A DNA stretch of 64,000 nt from Eledone cirrhosa (GCA_964016885.1 OZ024742.1:119784001-119848000), one strand, 5' to 3'; shown: positions 37,266 through 58,844, numbered from the stretch's first letter. Program-made: numbers and translations. Notes: generated by a model from the sequence alone, not told the origin.

Positions 37266-40200
37266 CGATGATCCAACATACAGATATATTTTTGGCTTTT
37301 GTTGGTTTTGGTGACATGTGGCTGCATGGCTTGAGTGTGTTAAAACCAACATCTGCTATAAATTGAGTATCTTGCATGTTTAGTTGGTTTTGCCTTTGAA
37401 ACATTTACTATCTATAAAGAATATTTTCTGGGAAATGTTGTTTTGCTGGGAACTGGATTTTAAATTATTTTTTCATAATACACACTTTAAAAATAGTTTC
37501 CTCTGTTTGATTAAGTCATTAGTTTTATGAATTTTATTTTTTTTTTTTATCTGACAGTCATTTGCTTTTGATATTATTATTTCTGAGTATGTTTTAATAT
37601 TCATAATACTTGTGTTTGTATGTATTATTACATGTTAATATATGCCTATGGATAGATGTATATCAATATATATACATATTTATATATGCATGTATGGAAG
37701 TGTGAGTGTTGATATAAACAGGAGTGATGTTGCCATAGTTTAACATCTCTATCTATGGTTAGATGAAATTATATTGATCATTGTTTTTTTGTTTTTTATA
37801 ATTAGAAGATACATTATTTAAGAACATTAATCATTCCTATATTCAATTATATTTCTTCTCGTGTATCAATAACTGTGTACTAATATCTAAAACACAGAAA
37901 AATACTTTTGTGTTGAATTTCATACAAACACTTTTTGGCTGATTTATAAACATAGAAACCATTTCCTCTCAATTTTCACCTTGATATAAGAAATAGAAAT
38001 TGGAATATTCCCCAAATCATCCTTGTGATATTTATTCAAATGGCTTAAAGCTAAGCTTCTTGCATGTTACTTCAAATTAATGATTTCTCATACATATGAA
38101 AATAAAACATTCTAGAATTAAGCCAGTTAGCAATGTTAAAACTCAGTAAAATTTGTAGATAATTGTGTTTTCATAAATATTATTTTGGTAGTGAAATATT
38201 GACACTACTATGAATATTTTCAGTGAAAGGATTAAAATTTAATGCTCTTCTGAGTGTTCTTGTTCCACTCTTCATTTCCAAGCCTTGTGAGGGAAATTGA
38301 GTAGATGGAAACTGTATAAGCCCATCAAGCAGACAACATTTGTATTTCATTGAGTCAGCCATGTCACACATTATGTCATGCTGATTCTGCTTAAGGATTA
38401 CATTAAAGTTACTAATGTAGGTGGAGGGCATTTAGTAAATAGATCAGTTCAAAGAATAATTAGAATACAGAGGACTCATTTGCTTTCTACTTCCATTTTG
38501 ACTTCATTTTCATAAACATAACTAAATGTATGCACACAAGTATATTCATAAGTATGTATATAGGTGTGTGTGGGAGTAAATGGAAATATATTTGTTACCT
38601 ATGCATTCAACTCTCCTTATATATATATATATATAGATGTTTTCATATACTTAAGCTCAAGCATCTTTAATATATCAACCCATGCACACAAAAAAACAAT
38701 TTAGCTTCAAACAGTTAAGGTCTAACTATATAACCACAAACACTCATTATTCTAATGTTCTCACATCTAGAACATCATGCCCTTCATTATCATAATATAT
38801 GTTCAATTCAAAACTTCATGGACTACATTACAGGAAATATCATTCATTTTAAAATCTTTCCCTTGTTTCTACTATTGTTATTACAACTTATATTTAACAA
38901 TCCAAAACTATTTATTCCCTTTTTCAGTTTTTTTGTTTTCCAGTTTTGTGTGCCCAACTTTATAATAAGATTTTCTGGTTTTTTTTTGTTTTTGTTTTGC
39001 TGTTGTTTTTTTTTTTGGTGTCCAACTTATACATACAGACCTGTGTCCTATCATATATATGTATGTACTCTTTATTAACTTTAAATACTTCAAATGTAAT
39101 ATTTACCACAATTAATGCTGATAATCTCCCCAACTTCTACCAGAAGCCTAGTGAACAATAAATACTTTTCTTATGTTTTATATATGAATATAAGAATGAA
39201 AAAACATTTAATAATGAGTATCGAAATATTTTTTTTTTTTTTTTTTTTTAAAGCATCCTTCTGCATTAAGATTCTGTCTGGTGTTGAAATTTAAATGAAT
39301 TCATTTTAGCATTTATTGTATTTTCATTAAATGTATCTCATATTAGTTTCTAAAAACATTTCAGATTTTCCCACTAACTAGTCATGATTTCAATAGCTCA
39401 CGTTATCATATTGTTTCATAATATATAGCATTGAGTGGAAATAATGTGCTTCATAAAAGCATAACAGAAAAAATACTTAAAAGAATTATTGATTTCATTC
39501 GCACAGCAAGAAATTATTCATAACATCACAACAGCACAATCAGATAGTACTTATTCATATATCAAGTTTACCTTGCAAATTAATGATAATGAATAAAAGA
39601 AAACCCCATTGTTTATGAAAAAAATGTGTAAAAGAAAAAAAAGAAGTAAATGAAGGTTAATTGATTAATGTAATATGATTTCAGAACTTGGATGTTGTGA
39701 CTTGTGATTCTGGTGGTTATTATAGTTTTGTCTATATGTACAATTATGTGTGCTGGTGAATCTGTCTGTGCGTGGGGGGGGGGGGATCTTAACATATACA
39801 TCAATTTGTGTATGTGTTAAGTTCTTTAGTTTGTTTTAGCCATCACGGCCTAGGCCCTGCTGCAGCAATGCCTTCAAGTGTAATATTTATTTATTTATAT
39901 ACTTGTATGCATAAATTATGTACAAAAGTCGGCCTTGACTGAAAAGATCTATAATCAACGATGTTTAATCCATTCCCATCCTGTCTTTTTATGAACTGTG
40001 TAGAATGTGTCCTTTTTTAAGATGGCAAGATGTGATTTGATAGGTATTTGGCTGCTTTTTCTAGCAGGTCAAGTGACCGTGTAGAGGCTCCTTCATTTGC
40101 TTGTAAAATACTGTGTTTGTATGTATGTGTGTGTTTGTGTGTATGTATGTATGTATTGTTTGTATGCTTGTTTATATTTTCAGCCTTATGTATAAAACAG

Positions 40201-41179
40201 TTTTTATCATATTGCCTGTGTAACTTATTTTAGCATAATGGAATTTTTTTCTTTAGAAATAATTGGTTATTTTTTTTTTTAAGTTATTTTGAAAATATGT
40301 ATTTAATATAAGTTAAGTTCTTGGAAAAATAGATTTACAGCTATTTTAGGTAATAAACTAAACTTTAGTGATTATTTTACTTAAAATAGGTTTCAGTTTT
40401 TATCTTTTGCTTCTGTCTCATATTGGCTTGTTATTCATTATTTCTTCAGCAAATGAACTGAAAACTGATAAAATACATGGTTCATTTCATTTACATCATT
40501 TTTTTATCATGCTACTTACAATGATATCATTAAATGTGGTTTGGATGCAGCCTGTTTTTTATTACAACTGGAGCCAATGGCATTAGATTGAGAGGACAGC
40601 AAAAGAACAGACATCATCACAAGACTTCTCTTCTGGGGCATTAAATCTCTAATTGGGGATGCAATTCTTCAGTGACAACCTATTGAAATAACTCAACAGC
40701 TGACAAAGTAATGGTTGCTCTAAGACTGAACTATCTCAGTTCAATCAAGATAGAGGTAGCTATTCATAAGAAAGAGACCAATGAAGTGAAATGGCTCTTC
40801 AGATATTGCTCACCATTTTTCTTCACTATTTTGTCAGCTGGGACCATGAAACAGTTGCCTGATATTCTGTGATATAATAAAATCCTTTTAAAAACAGAAT
40901 GTCTCATGAAAAAACCTATCAGATTTATTGAGACAATTTAACATATTTTCTTATGTATCAAAAGGAAAATATATTCAATTAAAACAAAATGGTTATGATA
41001 TTTAATTAAAAGGCTAATGAATTTTTGATTAATCAACATATATGTAAAAAACAAATTTAGTATAATATAATGTAGCTTTAAAAAGTAAATACATTTCATC
41101 AGAATAACTATAGTAGTAATATTACTTAACGCTTCTTCATTAAAACCTACTTTAAACTAAATATTTATTATTAGTATCT

Positions 41180-41181
41180 AC

Positions 41182-41235
<54 letters not shown>

Positions 41236-41821
41236 GTGTGTGTATATATATGTGTGTATATATATGTATATATATATATATGTGTGTGTATATATATGTA
41301 TATATATATATATGTGTGTATATATATATGTATATATATATATATATGTGTGTATATATATATATATATGTGTATATATATATACATATATGTATATGTA
41401 TATATATATGTATATATGTATATATATATATGTATATATGTATATATATATATATATATATGTATATGTATATATATGTATATATATGTATATGTGTATA
41501 TAATGTATATATATGTATATGTATATATATATATATGTATATATGTATATGTATATGTATATATGTATATATATATATGTATATGTATATGTATATATAT
41601 ATATATGTATATGTATATATATATATATGTATATGTATATATATAAATATGTATATGTATATATAAATATGTATATGTATATATATATATGTGTATATAT
41701 ATATATGTATATATATGTATATGTATATATATATGTATATGTATATATATATGTATATATATCTATGTATATGTATATATATCTATGTATATATATCTAT
41801 GTATATATATATATATCTATG

Positions 41822-41858
<37 letters not shown>

Positions 41859-41904
41859 CTATATATATCTATGTATATATATATATATATATGTATATGT
41901 ATAT

Positions 41905-41936
<32 letters not shown>

Positions 41937-42079
41937 GTATATGTATATGTATATATATATATGTGTATGTATATATATATATTTATACATATATATGTAT
42001 ATATGTATATATATGTGTATGTATATATATATATTTATACATATATATGTATATATGTATATATATATATATGTATATG

Positions 42080-42110
<31 letters not shown>

Positions 42111-42325
42111 GTATATGTGTATATATATATATGTATATATATATATTTATATATATATATATATTTGTATATATATATGTATATATATATTTATATATAT
42201 ATATGTATATATATATTTATATATATATATGTATATGTATATATTTATATGTATATGTATATATTTATATGTATATGTATATATGTATATATATATGTAT
42301 ATATGTATATATATATATTTATATG

Positions 42326-42356
<31 letters not shown>

Positions 42357-42387
42357 GTATATGTATATATATGTATATATTTATATG

Positions 42388-42450
<63 letters not shown>

Positions 42451-42479
42451 GTATATATATATATGTATATATATATATG

Positions 42480-42578
<99 letters not shown>

Positions 42579-42598
42579 GTATATATAATATATATATG

Positions 42599-42631
<33 letters not shown>

Positions 42632-42640
42632 GTATATATA
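41180..42640. repeat. (TA)n/(TATG)n compound microsatellite
   Basis: Seen directly in the sequence. Confidence 0.98.
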
Positions 42641-43200
42641 AAATCAGCAGTGGGGGAGGGTGCTCTGAAAGTACAGTAGCTAGAGTCAGAACTGGTTGGA
42701 AAAAGTTCAGAGAGCTTATACCACTATTAGCTGCTAAAGGGTTCTCCCTAAAAATGAAAGGCAGGTTGTACGATGCCTGCATACGTACAGCAATGTTGCA
42801 TGGTAGGGAGACCTGGGCATTGTGTGCAGAGGATATACGCAGACTAGAGAGGAACGAAGCTTGCATGCTCCGCTGGATGTGTAACAGTAATATACGTGAA
42901 CGGCAAAGCATAAACGAACTAAGGAAAAAATTAGAAATAAGAGGGATCAGATGTTGTTTACTCGAGAGAAGGCTACGTTGGTATGGACACGTGATGCGCA
43001 TGAAAGTCGATAGCTGTATAACAAAGTGCAGGGCAATAAAGATAGACGGTAGCCACGGAATAGGCAGACCTAGAAAAACCTGGGACGAGCTGATAAACTC
43101 CGACCTCACACACTTACACCTCTCCAAGACAATGTCACTGGACCGAGACCTTTGGCGGTACTCAGTAACAGAGAAGACCCGCCTTACCTAAATACATAGT
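42641..43200 (+). mobile_element. 5'-truncated RTE LINE
   Basis: Open frame [29 protein letters not shown]...MLHGRETW...[11 protein letters not shown]...GRPRKTW. Confidence 0.92.
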
Positions 43201-43309
43201 AAAACCTACTACAGCCAGTAGGCATCTCTAACAAAATAGACCCCCCACCCCACCCCCACCCCACCCCATCCACACCACCCCGTACTATGTAAAGTTATGT
43301 TGGTGTCGC

Positions 43310-43575
43310 GCCATCCAGGCCGAAACAAATGAGATCGTGTAGGTGTCACGACAAAAAAACACACAGTCCACGCTGTAATGTGGCCGTGTAGGCAACACGC
43401 TAAAAACCTCCCAGACCCACACTGTAAATGTGGTTGGTGTTAGGAAGGGCATCCAACTGTAGCAAACCTGCCAGACAGTCCTATGCGAGCAAGACAATCA
43501 CTCTTGCCTCAAGTGGGACTACCCCCGTCCAAACCCATGCAAGCGTGGAACACGGACGTTAAACGTTGATTATGA
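43310..43575 (+). mobile_element. SINE-like repeat with RTE-type tail
   Basis: cacactgtaaatgtggttggtgttaggaagggcatccaactgtag...gcaagcgtggaacacggacgttaaa; core shared with 43690-44030 and 60830-61115. Confidence 0.7.
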
Positions 43576-43648
43576 TGATATGTATATATATATATGTATA
43601 TATATATATGTATATATATATGTATATATATATGTGTATATATATATG

Positions 43649-43682
<34 letters not shown>

Positions 43683-43689
43683 TGTATAT

Positions 43690-44030
43690 GGAGGCACATG
43701 GCTTAGTGGTTAGAGCATTGGCCTTGCAATCAAAAGGTTGTGAGTTCAATTCTCAGACCGGGTGATGTGTTGTTTCCTTGAGCAAGGCACTTTATTTCAC
43801 ATTGCTCCAGTTTACTCAGCTGTAGAAATGAGATAGGGACCCCAGTCCCTATCATTCCACTGTAAAGTGGTCGTGGAGGTGCCACGGCAAAAAAGCACCC
43901 AGCACTCACTGTAAATGAGGTTGGTGTTAGGAAGGGCATCCAGCTGTAGAAATCAAGCCAGAATCAGTTCCCGTCCCACCCTTGCAAGCAGGGAAAAGTG
44001 GACGTAAAATGAGATGATGAGATGATGATG
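43690..44030 (+). mobile_element. tRNA-derived SINE with RTE-derived 3' tail
   Basis: Head ggaggcacatggcttagtggttagagc...gagttcaattc (A/B boxes). Tail matches the RTE 3' end at 63613-63655, followed by (GAT)n. Confidence 0.85.
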
Positions 44031-49500
<5,470 letters not shown>

Positions 49501-52500
49501 ACTTTGAATAACTTTGAAATGTTTTGGCCAGTATTGGCCCAGGCCATGTCTAACTTAATAGCACCACCTGGCGAAGTCTTTCAATTCAGGATTTGGGCAC
49601 CATGGCCCATTCGAGAAGAGAATTACTGTTTGCGGAGACATATCCGGGTGTGGGTGGTTTGTCCGGGATTACTTGGAGGAATTTGTCCAAAGACTTCTTG
49701 AATTTTGTGTGGTCAGTTTCTGTTTTGACGTGTCCTGGTGTGATGTTGAAGAGAGCAGGGCCGATTGAGGTGAAATAATTGTGCCGTATTGTTGTTATGA
49801 GTTGCGATTTAGATTTTTGAATGGGACGGATAGCACGGGGCCCAAGCCTTGGGTGTATCTTGAAGGCGATGCCAACATCATTTGGGCAGTGATGATGGAA
49901 CATTTTCCACATCATGCAGATAATATAACGCTCACGGCGACGTTGGAGTGAGTAAAGTTTCAGGTTTTCCAATCGACCCCAGTAGTCAAGGTCTGACATG
50001 CCATCTATCTTTTTCGTGATTGCCCTTTGAGGAGCTTCAAGTTTCATGATACTTTGTTTCGTGTGGGGAGACCACAGTGGACAACAGTATTCAAGGTGTG
50101 GTCGGGCGAAAGTAGAGAAGAGAAGGATAATGGTGCGGGAATCTCTCGACTGGAAGGTTCTGAGGATCCAGGAACACATTCTGCGGGCCATGTCAACTTT
50201 GCTGCTTATATGCGTGGTCCAGCTTATGTTGCTGTCCACGGTTACTCCCAAGTCTCTGATGTTGTTAGATGCCACGAGAGTTTCCCCGGAGGGAAGGGAG
50301 TACGGGAGTTTCAGAGCATCCTCTTTTCCAAAGTGGATCAGTTCGAATTTGTCTTCGTTCAGTAACATGTTGTTCTTTTCTGCCCATTGGGTAACAGCCA
50401 GTAGGTCTGACTGAAGGCTTATCCGGTCATCCACGCCATTGATGACCTTTTGGAGCTTGGAATCATCAGCGAAAATTTTAATGTTGCTGTGTTTGATGAT
50501 GTCAGTGATGTCATTAATATAGATGATGAAGAGAAGTGGGCCCAACACAGTGCCTTGTGGGACTCCACTACTGACTTTGGCTGATTTGACTCCCTCAACT
50601 ACAACATGTTGGGTTCTGTTTGACAGGAAGCTCTTGATCCACTGCAGCAGCTTTCCAGTGACACCAATATTGGACAGCTTTCTCAGTAGAATGTTATGAT
50701 CAACCCTGTCAAAGGCCTTGCTGAAATCAAGGTAGATAACATCAGTGTTGGAACCCTCTCCCAAGGCTCTCAAAATGTCATCAAAGTGATGCAGTAGTTG
50801 CGTCAGGCAATCCCTTCCATTACGGAATCCATGCTGGTTGGAGTTCAGCATATTGTTACTCTCAAGGAAGTGGGTCATTCGCGATCTCACCACTCGCTCA
50901 AATACCTTAATCATATGAGAGGTGAGTGAGATTGGACGGTAATTCACGGCAAGGGATTTGTTTCCCTTTTTGAAAACTGGGACAACAGACTGGGATAGAA
51001 GGTTTTCTGGCACATATCCAGCATCCAGTGAGTTCCGCCACAGATTGGCAAGAGGAGAAGCAAGTTGGTGTTGACACGCCTTCAAGACACAAGCAGGGAA
51101 CCTATCGGGACCTACTGCTGAATTATGCTTGATTTCCTTTATTGCCGCCAAGACATCAGGGGCGCCAAACGTTATGTCCGATAAGGTGTAATGGGGAGTA
51201 ACATCGCCGATACAGCCCAGATCGGCCATATCAGGATTGCTGAAAACAGAGCAGTATTGTTTCTGCAGTATCTCACCCATGGTTTTAGCATTGTCTTGAA
51301 GAGTGCCATTTTCATCAATTAGAGGGCCAACAGTAGAGCCAGTGATTTTGTGTTTTTTTGCAAATGAAAAGAACACTTTGGGATTGAGTTTGATCTTCTC
51401 AATGGCCCAGGCCTCTTCAGCTCTTCTCTGATTGTTGATGAGGGACATTATGTTGTTTTGGAGGTTATGTTTTTTAATCTCTAGTGATGAAATGGCAGTC
51501 AAGTTGATGTGTTGCTGCTGACAGTATTTCAGATTGTTGATTTTTTTGTTCGTTCTCTTAATTTTTCTGATGAGCGTTTTTCTATTTCTAGGGATTCTGC
51601 TCTTAGATTTGTTTATAGTTCTTAATGGGGTGTGTTTAGCACATATGTTTGTAACAGTGTCCACAAATGTCTGCCAGGATTTTTTGATGTTAGTGGGTGT
51701 ATGAGTGTGCGTGAAGGACCAGTCGACATGTGCAAGATCATGACTGATCGCTTCCCAGTTTGCATTGTGGAAATCCATAGCGTCAAACGGATGGACAGGA
51801 GAAATGACATTGGGTTTGTATATTGGACGGTGGAATCTCAGATCACAGAGAACCATGTCATGATCAGAGAGTAGAGTTTTCTCCACTGCAATATTGTGGA
51901 TATTGTCAGTGTGATTGCTGAAAATTAAGTCTAGGACGTTTTTGTGGCACCTCGTTGGTTCGAGCACTAGTTGGGATAGGAAGAAATCATCCATGAAGTC
52001 AAGAAGCGATTCCACAGCTTCCCTGTCAGAGGTTGAGGCAGAAGAACCTGGTGGCAGGGTGTTTGTGGACCAGTCAACTCCGGGGAGGTTGAAGTCCCCC
52101 ATCATTAAGATGTTGTCAGGGTGACACTCTTGGATGAAACACTTTATGCTGTTGAGGCATTCCTTGAAGCATGGTACAGGCGTTTGGGGTGGCCTATAGA
52201 GCCCAACTACTAATAGGTTGTTGGTTTGACTGAATACAGTGACTGCCTCACAGTATCCATTAGTGAATATGTTCATAGCCTCTGTTGAGAAAGAATTATG
52301 GACATAAATGGCAGTTCCGCCCTTTCTTCTGCCAGCGCGATCAGCACGGATGGCTTTGAAATTTTTCACTTTCACCTCGGCTTCCAAGTGGAGGTTACTG
52401 AGATGGGTTTCAGTGAGGACGAAGAAAGGGATGTGGTTTGGATGGACATCAATCCAGTCCTCCAGGAATTTGATCTTCCATTTTTGAGTATTGGTGGAAG

Positions 52501-52633
52501 GGCTGATGCCTTGGGCGTTAAGCAAAAATGTAGAGGCGAGAGTGGATGGTTTTAATTGTTTTGGTGTGTTGTTAATTTGTTTGTTTGTTAATGGCAGCAA
52601 TGGGAGTTTGTGCAGTGGGGTGATAGTGGAGGG

Positions 52634-52635
<2 letters not shown>
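49501..52635 (-). mobile_element. CR1/L2-group LINE with an uninterrupted ORF2 (APE endonuclease plus reverse transcriptase)
   Basis: About 1015 codons without a stop, ending at 49586. APE motifs LNAQG, LTETHL, YRPP, GDFN, LDL, SDH. RT motifs NYRPISLTS, QHGFR, YLDFSKAFD, GVPQGTVLGP, FADD. C-terminal LQRRRERY. Short 3' UTR ends in ttcaaagt repeats. Confidence 0.95.
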
Positions 52636-52688
<53 letters not shown>

Positions 52689-52719
52689 GTATATATATAT
52701 GTATATATATACATATATA

Positions 52720-53292
52720 TCCAGTACAACCTGTCCCATGGTCGGGTCGTTGGCGACTAAACTGGCAACCCCACCAAGGTTTCTTGGTGAGGAGGGTGAC
52801 TTTGGACATCCTGCAGGACTAAAAACAAAACCTGTCAAAGGGCAAAGGAGCTCTTAAGAGTCAATGGCCATCCAAAATCACCGGGAGAGATGACCCCTTA
52901 GCCTTTGTCAAGGCAGAATTCTAGGAGAAGGAAAACTCTGATATAACACCTGCAACCCTGATGGTATCCAATGATGTTGACTTGTTCTTCTTTTTGGTAA
53001 ATATCATCTTGGTTAAGAGAGTGGGACTGGCTTTGTGCAGTGCCTTTGCTCACTATAAAAGCTTCACGGCACAGGCATTGCTTTATATCTGGAGATCTCT
53101 CTGCACTTGTCGTCACATGGTACCATGGGCCCAGCACTATGTGTCAGTAATTGTCACAAGTGTAGTGTTTGTACCAGAGTTTTCAAGTCGCTGGCTGGAC
53201 TAAAAAGTCACACTCGTTCAGCGCATCGGTAGGGGTTCTCCTACATGGATATAAAGTAGTGGCCGTACTCGAAAACGAGTTGGCAGCCACCA
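52720..53292 (+). mobile_element. non-autonomous retroelement (probably RTE-derived), copy 1
   Basis: Contains ctaggagaaggaaaactctga, which I recall from RTE 5' UTRs. No coding frame, flanked by (TA)n, near-identical inverted copy at 61905-62306. Confidence 0.65.
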
Positions 53293-54940
<1,648 letters not shown>

Positions 54941-57864
54941 CTCACCACTTAAAAGCTGAAAATTAGACTTTGTACATTGTTTATATATTATTAGATTATA
55001 GAGTTTTAATAAACAACTTAAATGTAATTTAATTGTTGATATGTTGTTTTTTCTGTGATGTAGCAGCTTTTAGTAAAATTTGATTGCTGATTTGCCTTTC
55101 TGTATATCTTACAATATTTGATTCCATATAAATTACAACTAATACATCATATTATTTATATCTCTTTTAGCCATTGTAAGTGAAATTTTTGTTTTAAAAT
55201 ATCTGATGTTTTTATGAAAATGTTTAATTTATATTTCAGATGTATTTTGTCTTATTAAAATTCTGTATTTAAGTTTTATGCTGTATTCTGAATTGTTTTT
55301 AACAATATAAAAAGTTATGCTAAATTATATATAAAGGGTAAAACTGTTATTCCAAGCATTTCTATAATCAGCATCATTGTCACATCAACAGTATTATTTA
55401 TTTGTTGCTGCTAATGATTTATAAAAATTTATAAGAAACTTGAAATCATTGATTCATTAATCCAATAACATGTTAACATCACATAACAACATTGGTTGAA
55501 ATTAGTATAACTGTTACTCCAGGACAAAACAAAATCAACAAATAGATGATAAGAGTGACTTTTGCCAAACCATAAATTGCTCAGCATTGATACAGAACTG
55601 TATAATCTTTCCAAAGAATATTAAGATTAAGAAGTATGGACAGCTTTCTACTATACTAAAATAATCTATTTAGATATGACATCATAAATAAATGAGTCAG
55701 ACTAAAAAGTTCAGTGAGAACAAGAACACTTTGAACAAGGGACTTTGAGCCTATGTTCGATAATTACTGTCATAAGAGGTGGCTCAAAATTCCAGCTGAA
55801 CTCATTGTAAAGATTGTCTTTTGGAAAGGATAGTAAGGTGGATGCTACAAAAAAGAGTGATATAAAGAATAACACTGAAAAGTTTAAGGATTGGCTTTTA
55901 CTTTCAAACAACATTTTTATCATATATTTCTTCAAGCAATATTTGAAGATACAGTTGAGGGGAGAGGTCTGTGTTCAAGTACATATGAAAATTTAAATAC
56001 ATATTATGAGAAATGTATGAAATGGTCTCTTAAATATGACACAAGGCAATATTTGCTTAGCTCATCATTTCAGGTTGCTTGATCCTCATTCCTTTTCTTT
56101 TTCTTTTGGGATATATTAATTAATGTTATACCAGATGTTTCTACTGTGTTTTGTTATTGTAACAGCCTGGTCTGGTTCTTTGTAATATTTTCTTTTAGTG
56201 GGGATTATGACATAAAATATTTCTGTATTTCTATTATAATTAATAAATTAGTGTTACATATATATAAATAGTTATAACCATTAATATATGATACTTATGT
56301 ACCAAGTCAAGCATTAACTGACACTAATTAGTGGAAGATAACAGATATGTATCACTTCCACATTTCCAGTTTCATAGATGAATATTTTTGCCAAAATAAA
56401 CTATCAAACTTTTCATATATCAAGTTATGAGACCTTTCAATATATGTTGATCATATTTAGTGAAATCAATGCACAATAGTTTTGGTGTGTTATGTCTGTT
56501 ACTAGTATTTTTCCAGGGAAGAAATGCACCAATCTTTTTACTTTAGAATCTGATTATCTCATGAATATTTGGAATTAGAATTAAAAACAGTTTGGCTCAG
56601 TACTGATCCCCAGAGGAATTTTTACATTATATGAAGTATTTTTGTCATTTGATAATTGGTAGCCCAGCGTTCCATGTTTACATATTAAAATCTAAAAAAT
56701 GAATGTTCTTCTTATTAAAGTTTGAATTTAACAAATTATTAATCAAAACTAAACATGTGCAATGTATGTCTATTCTATCTAACAATCCATGTAAATACAA
56801 TATCTTTTGCTAGTTTGAATGCTTTAGCTTTTCTAATATACCATCTTATTAAACTTATCAAATTATTAACCAAATTCAATAACTGTTTAAATTATTTTTT
56901 CATATTAATATTTTTAAAATATAAAACTGATGTTTTTTTTTAGAAGTGAATTATTCTCTTAAGAGAAGCTATTCATTTACTTTGAAATTGCTTAATGAAA
57001 CATGAAGACCATAAATTATAAATTCAGTCTTCTTTGGCTTCCATCCTAGCAAGAGAGCCTTCAAAATAAATCTAAGTTCTATGAACCTGTCTGTGAGATC
57101 CAATATATTATATTTTGCATGCATAAATTTCTGATAACTATATGCTTTCTTTCTTGCTATTGAAACGGTGCCATGCATACTTATTTTCACCTTATTTACT
57201 CACATGCACATTACCTTTCTAACTGTTTAAAATTTCTATAAAATATTGTTTACTAAATTATATACAGACAATTTAAAACTAACAGTTTATTTATAACTGA
57301 ATAATACTAGATACATTTAATTACCTAACATTGTAAGAATATGATACTAACTGCTAATCATTTTCTATAACTTTTTATAATTCATATTTAAATATCTAAA
57401 TATTCTCATCAAAACCTTTTGAGAGCTACTGGTATATCACAATTACCAGAAACATTTTGTATATTTTTGAAATGTGAAATTAGCTACCAGCCATTCTTTT
57501 TACAGGGCTACTTTGCAATACTAAAGCACTTGCTAATTTCTCTAGTACAAAATTTTGATTCACTCATCTAAAGGTACCAGTTATCTCTGGTGTGATGGGA
57601 ACTAGTGTTTTACAATTACATTATCATGTATTTATTAGCTTAATATAAGTTACTATAACTTAGCTTGGAACATAAAATAATATGTCTAAACATTATTGAA
57701 AGTTTTCATTTCAAATATTTTTATATATTTATTTTTGTTTTGTAAATTAAAATATTGTTAATCCTAAACATACAATTTATAAAATATTTGTTTATATTCT
57801 AAATATATTTTCATGATTAATTAGTGTTATCTGTTTCCCCAATATTTTAATGTTTATCTTTCAG

Positions 57865-57921
57865 GGGTTAGGCATGGTAACAACTGTAACGTTACCTGTA
57901 TATAACCGAACCTTAGGAGCC
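57865..57921 (+). CDS. CACNA2D: alpha-2/delta local exon 7 (dCache): GLGMVTTVTLPVYNRTLGA
   Basis: tctttcAG acceptor, GTAAGT donor; 57 nt, phase 0-0. Matches ELGLVITGTLPVFN. Confidence 0.95.
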
Positions 57922-58766
57922 GTAAGTTGTCTTTTTAAATTATTCTATTGACATTTATTTAGTGATTATCAATATCTTCTGTTTCTTTCCTATTGTTTAC
58001 TCAGCTTAAATGTTAGTAACTAGTAAACTATATTTTATGTGATATAACTTCCATAGTTATAGATTGTATGTATGGTCCTATAACTCCTGATAGTGTTGTA
58101 GGTGTGCCCCATTGACATTCAACGTTTTGGGGGCATTTTAAGCCTGGCAGAGCCCTTCCCTCCCCAGGCTTGAGTATAGCAAATTTCTTCCAGAAAAAAA
58201 TAGAAAGTGAGAGAGATGAAATGAAAAGGGGATATAGAGGAAAAATCTACCCCAGTACTAGACTGGTACTTGTTTTTATTCACCACGAAGGAATGAAAGG
58301 CAATGTTGACCTCATTTGTTTTTAATTTTGTTTCCTAAGTGCATTCCAGATGGTTCTAGCTATCACATTGTGTCTCATAGAGAGGTACTAAGGAGACATT
58401 CTTTTGCAGTTGGCAACAATGTGGCTAATATCTTTGATCTTTGTTTTACATAGCCTACATTTATTGTCAACTGATGGCCCTCCTCTTTTGTGTAGCAGAT
58501 GTATGTATGTGTAGTGACCTATGCATATATGTATGTATGTATAGGAAGGGGTGGAAATTGTCTGAAAACAAGATGCAAGTATATAGCTTAGTATTAATCA
58601 TTTGCTAATTGTATGTTTTGGAAACTATTCCCTTCAGAAAATTAATTGTATTGAGAAAATTTAAATACTAATATTGACATATATTACATAAAAAATAATA
58701 TTTTTCTTTACTTTTTTAATGAAAATAGCCTTAATTTAACTTTTATATCTTGTAATATACTTTCAG

Positions 58767-58844
58767 AACAATCAGACAATTCTTGGAGTGATGGGAGTCG
58801 ACATAACAACAGATGATATGTTAAAGAAAATTGAAAGGAATAAA
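58767..58844 (+). CDS. CACNA2D: alpha-2/delta local exon 8: NNQTILGVMGVDITTDDMLKKIERNK
   Basis: ctttcAG acceptor, GTATGT donor; 78 nt, phase 0-0. NQ.ILGVMGVD motif. Confidence 0.96.

Noticed and set aside
43690-43765. tRNA gene
   Set aside because: A/B boxes are present, but it continues into a SINE body and tail and I could not fold a proper cloverleaf.
52636-52729. N-terminus MYWIYMYIY... of the 1047-aa ORF
   Set aside because: It is microsatellite plus the end of a neighbouring element read in frame, not part of the native LINE ORF2.
55160-55181. tctcttttAG ccatt GTAAGT as a 5-nt microexon
   Set aside because: Frame-shifting, and such motifs are expected by chance in 45 kb; not supportable without reads.
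57506-57571. cAG|GYFAILKHLLISL... just upstream of exon 7
   Set aside because: In-frame stop, and no RP, Trp or YxD motif.
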